Origin: a virus
Lineage: Duplodnaviria; Caudoviricetes
DNA: 24,660 nucleotides
Reading direction: 5' to 3' (one strand)
IMG/VR virus record: IMGVR_UViG_3300005805_000466
Location: 1 to 24,660 of that record
Shown here in pieces: positions 1 through 8,080 of this stretch. A program made the translations under genes and the position numbers. The notes beneath the pieces were generated by a model, which saw only the letters and a list, made by a program, of their open reading frames with translations, searched no databases and had not been told where the DNA came from. How positions within the stretch are numbered: the first letter of the stretch is position 1; every line of letters begins with the position of its first letter.

Positions 1-1
1 T

Positions 2-793
2 GTTCTTTTGAACAAAAATGTTACTTCTTCTCCATCTGTTAATGCTGGTATTGAAGTTGAGCGTGGTACTGAAACAAACGCATCTCTATACTGGGATGAG
101 TCAACAGACAAGTGGTATGTAAATGACGCAACTACTTCTAAACCAATTGCTTTGGTTGGAGATGCAACGTTTAATACCTTCGCAACTTTCACAGACGGAA
201 CAAATAACGCAACTCCAGATTCATCTTCAGATACATTTACATTTTCTGGTGGAACTGGTATCTCAGTTGCAGTTAACGGAACAAGCGATACACTAACAAT
301 TACTAACGATGGCGTAAGAACTATTACTGGAACAGCGCTACAAGTTATTGCTTCTGCTTCAACAGGTGCAGTGACCCTATCTTTACCACAAGATATTGCA
401 ACAACTTCCAGCCCATCATTCTCTGGTTTAACACTTACTGGAACACTTAGTGCTTCTGCAATAACATTTTTATATTCTGCTCAACAGGCTGTTGCTGCTA
501 CTGCAAGCACAAGCGGTACAGCAGAAGTTGTTGATGCATGGTCAGCAACAACATATAAGAGTGCAAAATATCTTGTTCAGATGACTAAGAGCACAGATAT
601 TGAAACTATTGAAGTTCTAGTCAACGTAGATGGAAACAATAACGTTTATATTACTGAGTATGCAGATGTTATTAGCAATGCACAACTTGGTACAACAGAT
701 GCTGATTACTCTGGCGGAAATGTTCGTCTAAAAGTAACACCAGCACAAGATGGCGTAGCAGTAAGGGTACACAGAACGCTAATCACAGCGTAA
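2..793 (+). CDS. Virion structural / tail fibre-like protein, 5'-truncated by the window edge
   Basis: Frame is open from base 2, so TTG at 8 is probably not the true start. T/S/G-rich beta-strand sequence (ASLYWDESTDKWY; VTLSLPQDIATTSSPSFSGLTL) and a C-terminal domain VDAWSATTYKSAKYLVQ...VYITEY...NVRLKVTP of the kind seen in aquatic phage virion proteins. Confidence 0.65.
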   Translation, partial: VLLNKNVTSSPSVNAGIEVERGTETNASLYWDESTDKWYVNDATTSKPIALVGDATFNTFATFTDGTNNATPDSSSDTFTFSGGTGISVAVNGTSDTLTITNDGVRTITGTALQVIASASTGAVTLSLPQDIATTSSPSFSGLTLTGTLSASAITFLYSAQQAVAATASTSGTAEVVDAWSATTYKSAKYLVQMTKSTDIETIEVLVNVDGNNNVYITEYADVISNAQLGTTDADYSGGNVRLKVTPAQDGVAVRVHRTLITA

Positions 794-798
794 TGTGA

Positions 799-825
799 CC
801 ACGAAGGGATAGTGAACTTCAGTGG
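799..825 (+). promoter_or_regulatory. RNA hairpin covering the RBS region and GTG start of the 822 gene
   Basis: CCAC(799-802)GAAG(803-806) pairs with CTTC(817-820), bulged A821, GTGG(822-825). Loop is GGATAGTGAA. Confidence 0.5.
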
Positions 826-1187
826 CAACAACGAATAAAGATTTTGTCGTAAAGGCAGGACTTAAGGTTGCCACTGGAGTTACCTTCCCAGACAATACAG
901 TTCAAACTACCGCCTTCACTGGCGGAGGACTAACTGTAGGAAGTTCTTTCCCAGGATCACCAAATAATGGTGATTTATTTTTATATACAACCACAGAGCG
1001 TATTTATTTTTATTACAATGGTGACTGGATTCCAGTTGCAACTTATTTAGATGCTCAAAGAGAGTATGACGGCAACGGAATTACATATCCAACATTATAT
1101 GCAAAACTAGACGGTGGCACTCCAAGCACTACATTTGGTAATGCTGTTCCATCAGCCGATGGGGGTAGTCCAAGTGAACAATTCTGA
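822..1187 (+). CDS. Small virion / fibre-associated protein
   Basis: GTG start; N-terminal NKDFVVKAGLKV; GVTFPDNTVQTTA and PGSPNNGDLFLYTTTERIYFYYNGDW motifs typical of fibre proteins; two C-terminal DGG motifs. Confidence 0.6.
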   Translation: MATTNKDFVVKAGLKVATGVTFPDNTVQTTAFTGGGLTVGSSFPGSPNNGDLFLYTTTERIYFYYNGDWIPVATYLDAQREYDGNGITYPTLYAKLDGGTPSTTFGNAVPSADGGSPSEQF

Positions 1188-1193
1188 TATAAT
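1185..1193 (+). promoter_or_regulatory. Extended -10 promoter TGATATAAT
   Basis: TGn+TATAAT overlapping the stop codon of the upstream gene; followed by RBS GAGGAGAGG and ATG 1218. Confidence 0.7.
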
Positions 1194-1217
1194 GGCTTTT
1201 AGCGAGGAGAGGTAGCA

Positions 1218-1877
1218 ATGGCAACAAGAATTCAAGTGCGTAGAGGTACAGGTGCCGCATGGACTACTTCTAATCCTACGCTTGATATTGGTGAGTTTGG
1301 TTATAATACAACTACCGCTCAACTTAAGATCGGTGACGGAACCACACTTTGGAATGATCTAGATTATATTGTTAATGATGCAAGCCTTACTACAAGTCTC
1401 GGAAGTTATATTGAATTAACTGAAAAAGATGCTGCTAATGGAGTTGCCACTCTAAATGCAAATCAGAATGTATACATTCCTGGAACTGGTCTTGTAATAC
1501 AAGGTGCTACGACCAATGGTTTTGAATTAACAGTTACAGCAACAGATCCTACTGCAGATCGCACCATCACACTTCCAGATGCCACTGGAACCGTAGTTCT
1601 AGCCGACGGCAGCGGAAATGTAACTATCTCAGGAAATCTAACAGTAAGTGGTACTACAACAACTATTGATTCAAGCACTATTAATATTACTAACTCGTTT
1701 GTTTTTGAGGGTACTGCTAATGACCATGAAACAACATTAACAATAACAGATCCTACTGCAGACCGTACCATTACCCTGCCTAACGTTTCTGGTACAGTGG
1801 TTACTGCTGGCAACTTCCCATCTTTGACATGGGGCCAGATTAAAAATGGTGGAGCAGTCACCGTTCCAACATCCTAG
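1218..1877 (+). CDS. Tail fibre-type protein with Mtd/hyaluronidase-like N-terminal domain
   Basis: RIQVRRGTGAAWTTSNPTLDIGEFGYNTTTAQLKIGDGTTLWNDLDY matches the major-tropism-determinant N-terminal module; followed by two DPTADRTITLP repeats. Confidence 0.75.
   Translation: MATRIQVRRGTGAAWTTSNPTLDIGEFGYNTTTAQLKIGDGTTLWNDLDYIVNDASLTTSLGSYIELTEKDAANGVATLNANQNVYIPGTGLVIQGATTNGFELTVTATDPTADRTITLPDATGTVVLADGSGNVTISGNLTVSGTTTTIDSSTINITNSFVFEGTANDHETTLTITDPTADRTITLPNVSGTVVTAGNFPSLTWGQIKNGGAVTVPTS
1541..1762 (+). repeat. Intragenic direct repeat, 204-nt (68-aa) period
   Basis: AACAGATCCTACTGCAGA exact at 1541-1558 and 1745-1762; peptides TDPTADRTITLPDATGTVV and TDPTADRTITLPNVSGTVV. Confidence 0.9.
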
Positions 1878-1901
1878 TACTATTTAAATTTAAAAGTACT
1901 A
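1875..1901. repeat. AT-rich near-perfect palindrome
   Basis: TAGTACT-a-TTTAAATTTAAA-AGTACTA: 13-bp arms with one unpaired A, directly at the stop codon of the fibre gene. Confidence 0.75.
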
Positions 1902-1969
1902 AACCTTTACTTTACACTTATTGTTTATAAAACTATTATAAATTATAACTTTTCTTTATTCAAACTTTG

Positions 1970-1978
1970 TGCTATACT
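1970..1978 (+). promoter_or_regulatory. Extended -10 promoter TGCTATACT for the RNR gene
   Basis: Same motif as 7681-7689; intergenic; RBS-like GGAAAGG at 2022-2028. Confidence 0.7.
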
Positions 1979-1985
1979 AGACACT

Positions 1986-2004
1986 ACTTTGCAATTTGCA
2001 AAGT
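1986..2004. promoter_or_regulatory. Perfect inverted repeat, candidate operator
   Basis: ACTTTGCAA-T-TTGCAAAGT, starting 7 nt after the -10 element, i.e. at the predicted +1. Confidence 0.55.
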
Positions 2005-2041
2005 TCTCATATTATTTTTGTGGAAAGGTTGTTAAAAACAA

Positions 2042-4072
2042 ATGTCAGACGTATTTTCTTTTCGCCTATTGGACGAATTTGTTAATAAATATAAGGAATT
2101 AGAGCCTCCATTTGGCTTTGCCGATGCAGGAAATAACTCCCTGGGCGAGATTACTTTTATTCGTACTTACTCCAGAGTAAAGGAGGATGGACGAAAAGAA
2201 CGCTGGTATGAGGTTTGTAAGCGGGTAATTGAAGGAATGTACTCAGTGCAGAAGAATCATGCCAAAGAGAACCGTTTGCCATGGAATGACAATAAGGCAC
2301 AAAAGTCTGCTCAAGAGGCCTATGATCGCATGTTTAACCTTAAATGGACACCTCCTGGACGTGGCCTATGGGCATTTGGTACTCCTATGACTATGGAGCG
2401 TAGAAACTCTGCTGCCTTGCAGAATTGTGCGATGGTATCAACAAGAGACATTGACCGTAATGATCCAGGTGCATTATTTGCTTGGGTAATGGATGCCTTA
2501 ATGTTAGGTGTAGGTGTAGGGTTTGATACTTTAGGCCAAGATAAAGAACTTGAGATTTATAAAAATGTATCTGAAGAAATCACATACGAAATTCCAGATA
2601 CTCGTGAAGGATGGGTAGAATCGGTAAGGCTGCTTCTCAACTCATACCTAAAGCCTAATCAGGCAAAGATTATTTTTGATTATTCTAAGATCAGACCTTT
2701 GGGTGCTCCGATTAAAGGTTTTGGCGGTACCGCTTCTGGTCCAGAACCATTAATCAAACTTCATGAAACAATTCGTAAAGTTATTGGTGATCGTGCTGGA
2801 GACAAATTAGATAGTCGTGCAATTGTAGACATTATTAATCTTATTGGTACCTGCGTAGTTGCTGGAAATGTTCGTCGTTCTGCAACTCTTGCTCTTGGTG
2901 GTTCTGGAGATAAAGACTTTATGAATCTAAAAAATTCAGAGGTATTTCCAGAGCGTAACTCCTTTGATCCAGAAAATCCAGGTTGGGCATGGATGAGTAA
3001 CAACTCAATCTCTGCTTCGGTAGGAACTAAGTATGAAGACTATGTTGACCTAATTGCAAACAATGGAGAACCAGGATTTATTTGGCTTGATGTTGCTCGT
3101 AACTATGGTCGTCTTGCAGATCCTGCAGATGGCAAAGATTATCGTGTGATGGGTTTTAATCCATGTGCAGAGCAGCCACTAGAGTCATATGAACTTTGTA
3201 CTCTTGTAGAGGTTCATCTAAATAGACACAAAGATAAAGAAGATTTCTTACGCACACTTAAGTTTGCATATTTATATGGTAAGACTGTAACTCTTGTGCC
3301 TACACATTGGCAGATTACAAATGGTATTATGCAACGCAATCGTCGTATCGGAACGTCATTAACTGGTATTGCATCATTCTCTGATGAGCATGGTTTGCCT
3401 ACCGTTCGTGATTGGATGGATGAAGGCTATAAGACAATTCGTAAATACGATCATGCTTATTCTGAGTGGCTATGTGTTCGTGAATCAATTCGTGTAACAA
3501 CAGTTAAGCCATCTGGATCGGTTTCACTTTTGTCTGGCGCAACTCCAGGTGTTCACTGGGGTCCAGGAGGAAATTACTTCCTTCGTGCAATTCGTTTTGG
3601 AAATACAGATCCGATGATTCATTTGTTCAAAGCAGCAGGGTACAAAATGGAAGCCGATCTAGTATCTGCTAACACAACAGTAGTATACTTCCCAGTCCAT
3701 TCAGGACACCCACGTTCTGAAAAAGATGTAACTCTTTTTGAAAAGATCGGGCTTGCTGCTACAACTCAAAAATATTGGTCTGACAATGGAGTTTCTGTAA
3801 CCTTGTCATTTGATAAAGAAACAGAAACCAAGCATGTTGCTCCAGCACTTCATATGTACGAGGGGCAATTAAAGGCTGTGTCATTTTTACCAATGGGTAA
3901 TATGACATATCCACAACAACCATATACTCAGATTACACAGGAAGAATATAATGCATATTTAGGCAAGATCAAGAAGATTAATTGGTCTGCTATTTATGAT
4001 GGTGTAGATAACTTAGAAGCCATGGGCGAAGCATACTGTACAACAGATGTATGTGAGATAAAAATAACGTAA
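2042..4072 (+). CDS. nrdJ: Class II adenosylcobalamin-dependent ribonucleotide reductase (monomeric RTPR type)
   Basis: RTYSR, KWTPPGRGLW, LQNC, VAGNVRRSA, finger-loop NPCAEQPL (thiyl Cys and Glu), NRRIG, TTVKPSGSVS and C-terminal redox pair CTTDVC. 676 aa, no ATP cone. Confidence 0.95.
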   Translation: MSDVFSFRLLDEFVNKYKELEPPFGFADAGNNSLGEITFIRTYSRVKEDGRKERWYEVCKRVIEGMYSVQKNHAKENRLPWNDNKAQKSAQEAYDRMFNLKWTPPGRGLWAFGTPMTMERRNSAALQNCAMVSTRDIDRNDPGALFAWVMDALMLGVGVGFDTLGQDKELEIYKNVSEEITYEIPDTREGWVESVRLLLNSYLKPNQAKIIFDYSKIRPLGAPIKGFGGTASGPEPLIKLHETIRKVIGDRAGDKLDSRAIVDIINLIGTCVVAGNVRRSATLALGGSGDKDFMNLKNSEVFPERNSFDPENPGWAWMSNNSISASVGTKYEDYVDLIANNGEPGFIWLDVARNYGRLADPADGKDYRVMGFNPCAEQPLESYELCTLVEVHLNRHKDKEDFLRTLKFAYLYGKTVTLVPTHWQITNGIMQRNRRIGTSLTGIASFSDEHGLPTVRDWMDEGYKTIRKYDHAYSEWLCVRESIRVTTVKPSGSVSLLSGATPGVHWGPGGNYFLRAIRFGNTDPMIHLFKAAGYKMEADLVSANTTVVYFPVHSGHPRSEKDVTLFEKIGLAATTQKYWSDNGVSVTLSFDKETETKHVAPALHMYEGQLKAVSFLPMGNMTYPQQPYTQITQEEYNAYLGKIKKINWSAIYDGVDNLEAMGEAYCTTDVCEIKIT

Positions 4073-4073
4073 A

Positions 4074-4082
4074 TGCTATAAT
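4074..4082 (+). promoter_or_regulatory. Extended -10 promoter TGCTATAAT
   Basis: Immediately after the nrdJ stop; followed by RBS TAAGGAG and ATG 4100. Confidence 0.75.
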
Positions 4083-4099
4083 AAAGGGTAAGGAGCAAT

Positions 4100-7000
4100 A
4101 TGTCCAACCCATCGAATTTATACGCAGAGAAAGTGTTCGCAGAACACCCTACAGCCTTGTGGGCTTTGGATGATCAAGCAGACTACATAAGTTTAATTAC
4201 CGAAGCAGAACGCAGTTTTACAAGTTGGACTCTAACAAATGCGACGGCAGCGGTAACAAGTGCTCCAACTACAGAGCCATTTGAAAGTAGCGTAGTAAAT
4301 CGGCTTGCTATTGTTATTCCAGCAAATACCAGTTTTACGGTAACTTGCATTAGTACTGATCTTGTAAACTTTTCTGATCTTAATGCTGACCTTGGTACAT
4401 TTTCTATCGGTGGTTATTTCTTTGACTCTAGCGCATTGCTTCAGTCTGTCTCAATTGGATATGAATATACAGATACAACTACAGCCCTAGATGTTCAAAA
4501 TGTAAATACTTTTGATACAAACCTAAATGCCGCTTGGGGGTTTGTTTCTGGAACATTTGAAACTCCCAATGAAAATACAACAATGAGAGCAGTTGTTAAA
4601 GCAACATTTCAAGGCGGTGCTTCAACATCAAGTACATTTATTTATTTTAATGGCATTAGTGCTGGACAATGGTCAGAAGAACATAATACTGAGTCACTTG
4701 GAATTCAAACCATTTCAATTACCTCAAATATTGCTATGGCCACAACAGAAGGAATTGAGGCAGAACCTTACGGTCTTGGTGGAGATCATGGATATTATTT
4801 AGTTAATGACAATGCTCTTGTTGCTAGAAACTCTGGCATTCCGATGGTTTATGGAGCAAGCGGTGTAACAATATTAAGACCAAATGTTTCTGGAGAACCA
4901 TCATTAATAATTCCAGGAAAAGGATTTTTAAATGAGGCTGGAAGACACAAAGAATATACTGTAGAATTTTGGGCAAAAATAAATTCAAGTGCAACTACTC
5001 CAAAAAGAATATTTGGACCCATTGCTTCATCAGATGGATTATATGTTGAAAGTGGTTTTCTAACCTTAGTTATAGGTAAAACTTTTGCTTCACACTTCGT
5101 TGGTGAATGGTTTAGGCCTATGCTTATTCACATTAGAATTATTAGAAATAATGCAACGGTTCTTGTAAATGGAGAAGAAGTAATCAGTTTAAATATTACA
5201 ACAGACTCACTAACCTTGCCAGAAATATTAGATAACTCAAATGATCAACAAGATTGGCTAGGTTTTTATGCCTACGCAGACGTAACGCCAGTAGAGATTG
5301 ATTGTGTTTCTATTTATCCATACCAAGTACCAATTCCAGTAGCAAAACGTAGATGGGTATATGGCCAAGGAGTTCTTTCTCCAGAAGGAATTAACTCAGC
5401 ATATGGTGGAACATCGGCTTTTATAGATTACTCTTTTGCAGATTACACAGCAAACTATACATATCCAGATTTTGCAAATTGGAACCAAGGCTCATTTGAT
5501 AACCTTTCAACAACACCTACATATATTGGAACCCCAGACTATCAACTTCCGACGGTATTTATAGATGGAGAAGCAATACAAGACCTATATGATGACAATC
5601 AAACAATTCAGGCTGGAGCCAACAAGTTCTTAACATTTAGACCAACCACAAGTTGGAACTCAGTACATTCATATTTTAACTTCTCAAACTTTAATGTTTT
5701 AGCCGAAGAGGTAAAATCTGTATATGGTGTATTTAGTAATAATGATGTTACATCCATAAATCAAACACTCTTTAAGATTTATAACAAGGTTAACGGAAAC
5801 TATTTTAAAGCAGTTCAAAACAATAATCAACTTGTTTATAGCCTTTACTATAATGGAGCAAGCACATCTTTATACACATATAACACCATATCAGTAGATC
5901 AGGTGTTTGCCGTTGGAGTTAATATCCCAGATCTTATTACTAGGTTTGGAGGCAACATTGCTTCATTCTTTGGAAATAGAAATGGATTAGAGTTGTATGT
6001 TGCTGGAGATAGCACAGCGTCAAATACATTTGAGGGCAAGATCTATTCATTTGGATTATCTACAGCAGTAAATGCAGATGAATCTTCTGATTATTTTAGT
6101 AATGGATTTGCAGTAGCCACATCTGGACAATCATTAATTGCTTTTACTGCCAGTTATACTCTGCTGCCAACAGAGGCATATGACTCATACTTTTTAGACA
6201 TTGGAGTTGCTGGATATTGGGAAGATTACTTACCGCTTTCATATTTTGGTCAGTATGTAAAAAATGATTTAGGAAATACATTTTATGACTTAGATTTCTT
6301 GCAATTTAATATTGGTTATCCAGCACCATCAGATTTAATTGAGCAGGCATCTACTAGCACATGGACATATCAAGAATTAAAAGACACATATGAGTTTCCA
6401 GTTCAAAGAACATATAATCAGTTAGATAACTATCTGTTTACAGGTTGGGAAGACTATGCTCAGATGGCAGGGCAGACAGATAAATATTATGAATACGATA
6501 CCGAAGATGCTTCAATTAGAAGTTATGTAACGGTGCAGTATATTGCCGATGGTGCAAACGCTCCAAGATCAAACTTTACAACTACTAGAACTGCAAGAGA
6601 AGGATCTATTATTGATATAGCAGACTTCCCTGCTTGGTCAACAACAAAGTTCGAGGTAGTAGACAATACACTCATATATCCATCTAAGTCAATAGACTTT
6701 AATGATCTTGCAATAGTAACTCATCTTGATTTTAATATTCGTGGTATTTTAAGAAAACCATTAAGACTTCGTAGACTTGAACTTGCTTCACAGGCATTAA
6801 ACGATAACTCATTTAACCCAGTTGGAACAAGATTTGGTGTTGACATATTCCCGTATAAAAAGGCGGGTATTTATTATGACTACAAAGCAAAAAATCCATT
6901 CAGTATATATAAAGGAAGCACTCCATATCTATATTTAAATAAGAGCACTGGTATTAAGATTCGTGGAGATTATGACCCGCTAGTAAATAGAGGTTTGTCT

Positions 7001-7678
7001 ATTCCAGTTAATAAAAATACAGCAGATAACTATCGTGTCAGCGCATTACAAATGTGGATGAAATATGATGACAGACAGTTCCCAGAAACTCCAGTAGAAC
7101 TTTTTGAAATCAAATATCGATCAGACACCATTAAGTTTTATTTTGTTGCGGACAGCGAAACTGGAGATCGTGCCAGAATATATGCAAAGAGTTTAGAGAC
7201 GGGCGCAGATTATAATGGTTTGTCATATTATTGGAACGGTGCACTGGTAAGAGAGCCAGTTGCAACAAGAAATGAATGGGGCGTTCTTGGCATAGGATTT
7301 TCAAATGCTTTGAACTTTGATCTATTCCTTGGTGCTATTAATCTCAATGGTCAGTTTGTATTTAATAATATTGCTTTCTATCAGGCCAATAATTTGCAAC
7401 AGGTTCAGAGTACCCTTACTCGCCCATGGCAGCAGGTAATCACAGACGGTATTACAAACTTTGATTGGCAATACTGGCTAAACTCCTCAACATGGGAAGG
7501 TGTGCTTGTTATTGGGTCATCAGATTTATATGGCGTAAATCCAGTAGATGTTTATGAAACCTACATAGGAACTAATAAGATTATCTTTGATGATGACGAG
7601 GGATTGACCGTAGACGCTGATAAATTAAAGGTTTATACTAATACAACATGGACGGTTAACGTCGGTACACCAGTATAA
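4100..7678 (+). CDS. Large beta-rich virion protein, probably with concanavalin-A/LamG-like and carbohydrate-binding domains (minor tail protein)
   Basis: 1192 aa, aromatic- and S/T-rich. AEHPTALWALDD N-terminus and YTVEFWAKI...IHIRIIRNNATVLVNGEEV...EIDCVSIYPY segment resemble LamG-type jelly rolls. Good RBS. Confidence 0.6.
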   Translation: MSNPSNLYAEKVFAEHPTALWALDDQADYISLITEAERSFTSWTLTNATAAVTSAPTTEPFESSVVNRLAIVIPANTSFTVTCISTDLVNFSDLNADLGTFSIGGYFFDSSALLQSVSIGYEYTDTTTALDVQNVNTFDTNLNAAWGFVSGTFETPNENTTMRAVVKATFQGGASTSSTFIYFNGISAGQWSEEHNTESLGIQTISITSNIAMATTEGIEAEPYGLGGDHGYYLVNDNALVARNSGIPMVYGASGVTILRPNVSGEPSLIIPGKGFLNEAGRHKEYTVEFWAKINSSATTPKRIFGPIASSDGLYVESGFLTLVIGKTFASHFVGEWFRPMLIHIRIIRNNATVLVNGEEVISLNITTDSLTLPEILDNSNDQQDWLGFYAYADVTPVEIDCVSIYPYQVPIPVAKRRWVYGQGVLSPEGINSAYGGTSAFIDYSFADYTANYTYPDFANWNQGSFDNLSTTPTYIGTPDYQLPTVFIDGEAIQDLYDDNQTIQAGANKFLTFRPTTSWNSVHSYFNFSNFNVLAEEVKSVYGVFSNNDVTSINQTLFKIYNKVNGNYFKAVQNNNQLVYSLYYNGASTSLYTYNTISVDQVFAVGVNIPDLITRFGGNIASFFGNRNGLELYVAGDSTASNTFEGKIYSFGLSTAVNADESSDYFSNGFAVATSGQSLIAFTASYTLLPTEAYDSYFLDIGVAGYWEDYLPLSYFGQYVKNDLGNTFYDLDFLQFNIGYPAPSDLIEQASTSTWTYQELKDTYEFPVQRTYNQLDNYLFTGWEDYAQMAGQTDKYYEYDTEDASIRSYVTVQYIADGANAPRSNFTTTRTAREGSIIDIADFPAWSTTKFEVVDNTLIYPSKSIDFNDLAIVTHLDFNIRGILRKPLRLRRLELASQALNDNSFNPVGTRFGVDIFPYKKAGIYYDYKAKNPFSIYKGSTPYLYLNKSTGIKIRGDYDPLVNRGLSIPVNKNTADNYRVSALQMWMKYDDRQFPETPVELFEIKYRSDTIKFYFVADSETGDRARIYAKSLETGADYNGLSYYWNGALVREPVATRNEWGVLGIGFSNALNFDLFLGAINLNGQFVFNNIAFYQANNLQQVQSTLTRPWQQVITDGITNFDWQYWLNSSTWEGVLVIGSSDLYGVNPVDVYETYIGTNKIIFDDDEGLTVDADKLKVYTNTTWTVNVGTPV

Positions 7679-7680
7679 TC

Positions 7681-7689
7681 TGCTATACT
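7681..7689 (+). promoter_or_regulatory. Extended -10 promoter TGCTATACT, probably giving a leaderless transcript
   Basis: ATG 7697 lies 7 nt after the hexamer; no Shine-Dalgarno sequence. Confidence 0.7.
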
Positions 7690-7696
7690 TATGGAT

Positions 7697-8080
7697 ATGA
7701 GTAGTGGAAAATTGCCAAAAGTTGGTAACGTCAGGCGCAAAGTTATAGAAAAAAACTATGCCTGGGGTCTTTACGTGTACAAAAAGGCCAATGGTAGATG
7801 GTTTACAGACGGAACAGGTAGCGTTTTAAACATTCCTGCAATGCGTGGAGATCTATCAAAAATTGCAGAATTAAAAAAAGCCGCTATGTATTATGGCGAT
7901 GATGGTGAGGGACAGTGTGTTTTTGTACCTGGGCTTAATAGAGTTAGTGAAGAGCAATACTCTGAAATGGTAGACAGAATGAAACAGGGTCTTATTCCAA
8001 ACGTTAATGATCTAGGTGCGGTCTATGATGCTCAACAAACTTTGAGAAAGCATGGAAAGGATGCCTACGACAGTGAGTGA
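7697..8080 (+). CDS. Hypothetical protein directly upstream of portal
   Basis: ORF-track start 7691 is only 1 nt from the -10 box, so ATG 7697 is preferred. WGLYVYKKANGRWFTDG motif; overlaps the portal start. Confidence 0.8.
   Translation: MSSGKLPKVGNVRRKVIEKNYAWGLYVYKKANGRWFTDGTGSVLNIPAMRGDLSKIAELKKAAMYYGDDGEGQCVFVPGLNRVSEEQYSEMVDRMKQGLIPNVNDLGAVYDAQQTLRKHGKDAYDSE

Noticed and set aside
1218-1877. Diversity-generating retroelement suggested by the Mtd-like domain and a repeat pair
   Set aside because: Both repeat copies are inside one ORF, differences in the core are at synonymous third positions rather than adenine-specific, there is no C-type-lectin variable tip, and no reverse transcriptase is in the window.
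1878-2041. Cobalamin riboswitch or NrdR box upstream of nrdJ
   Set aside because: Predicted leader is only ~55 nt and AT-rich, with no B12-box, and no match to the NrdR consensus.
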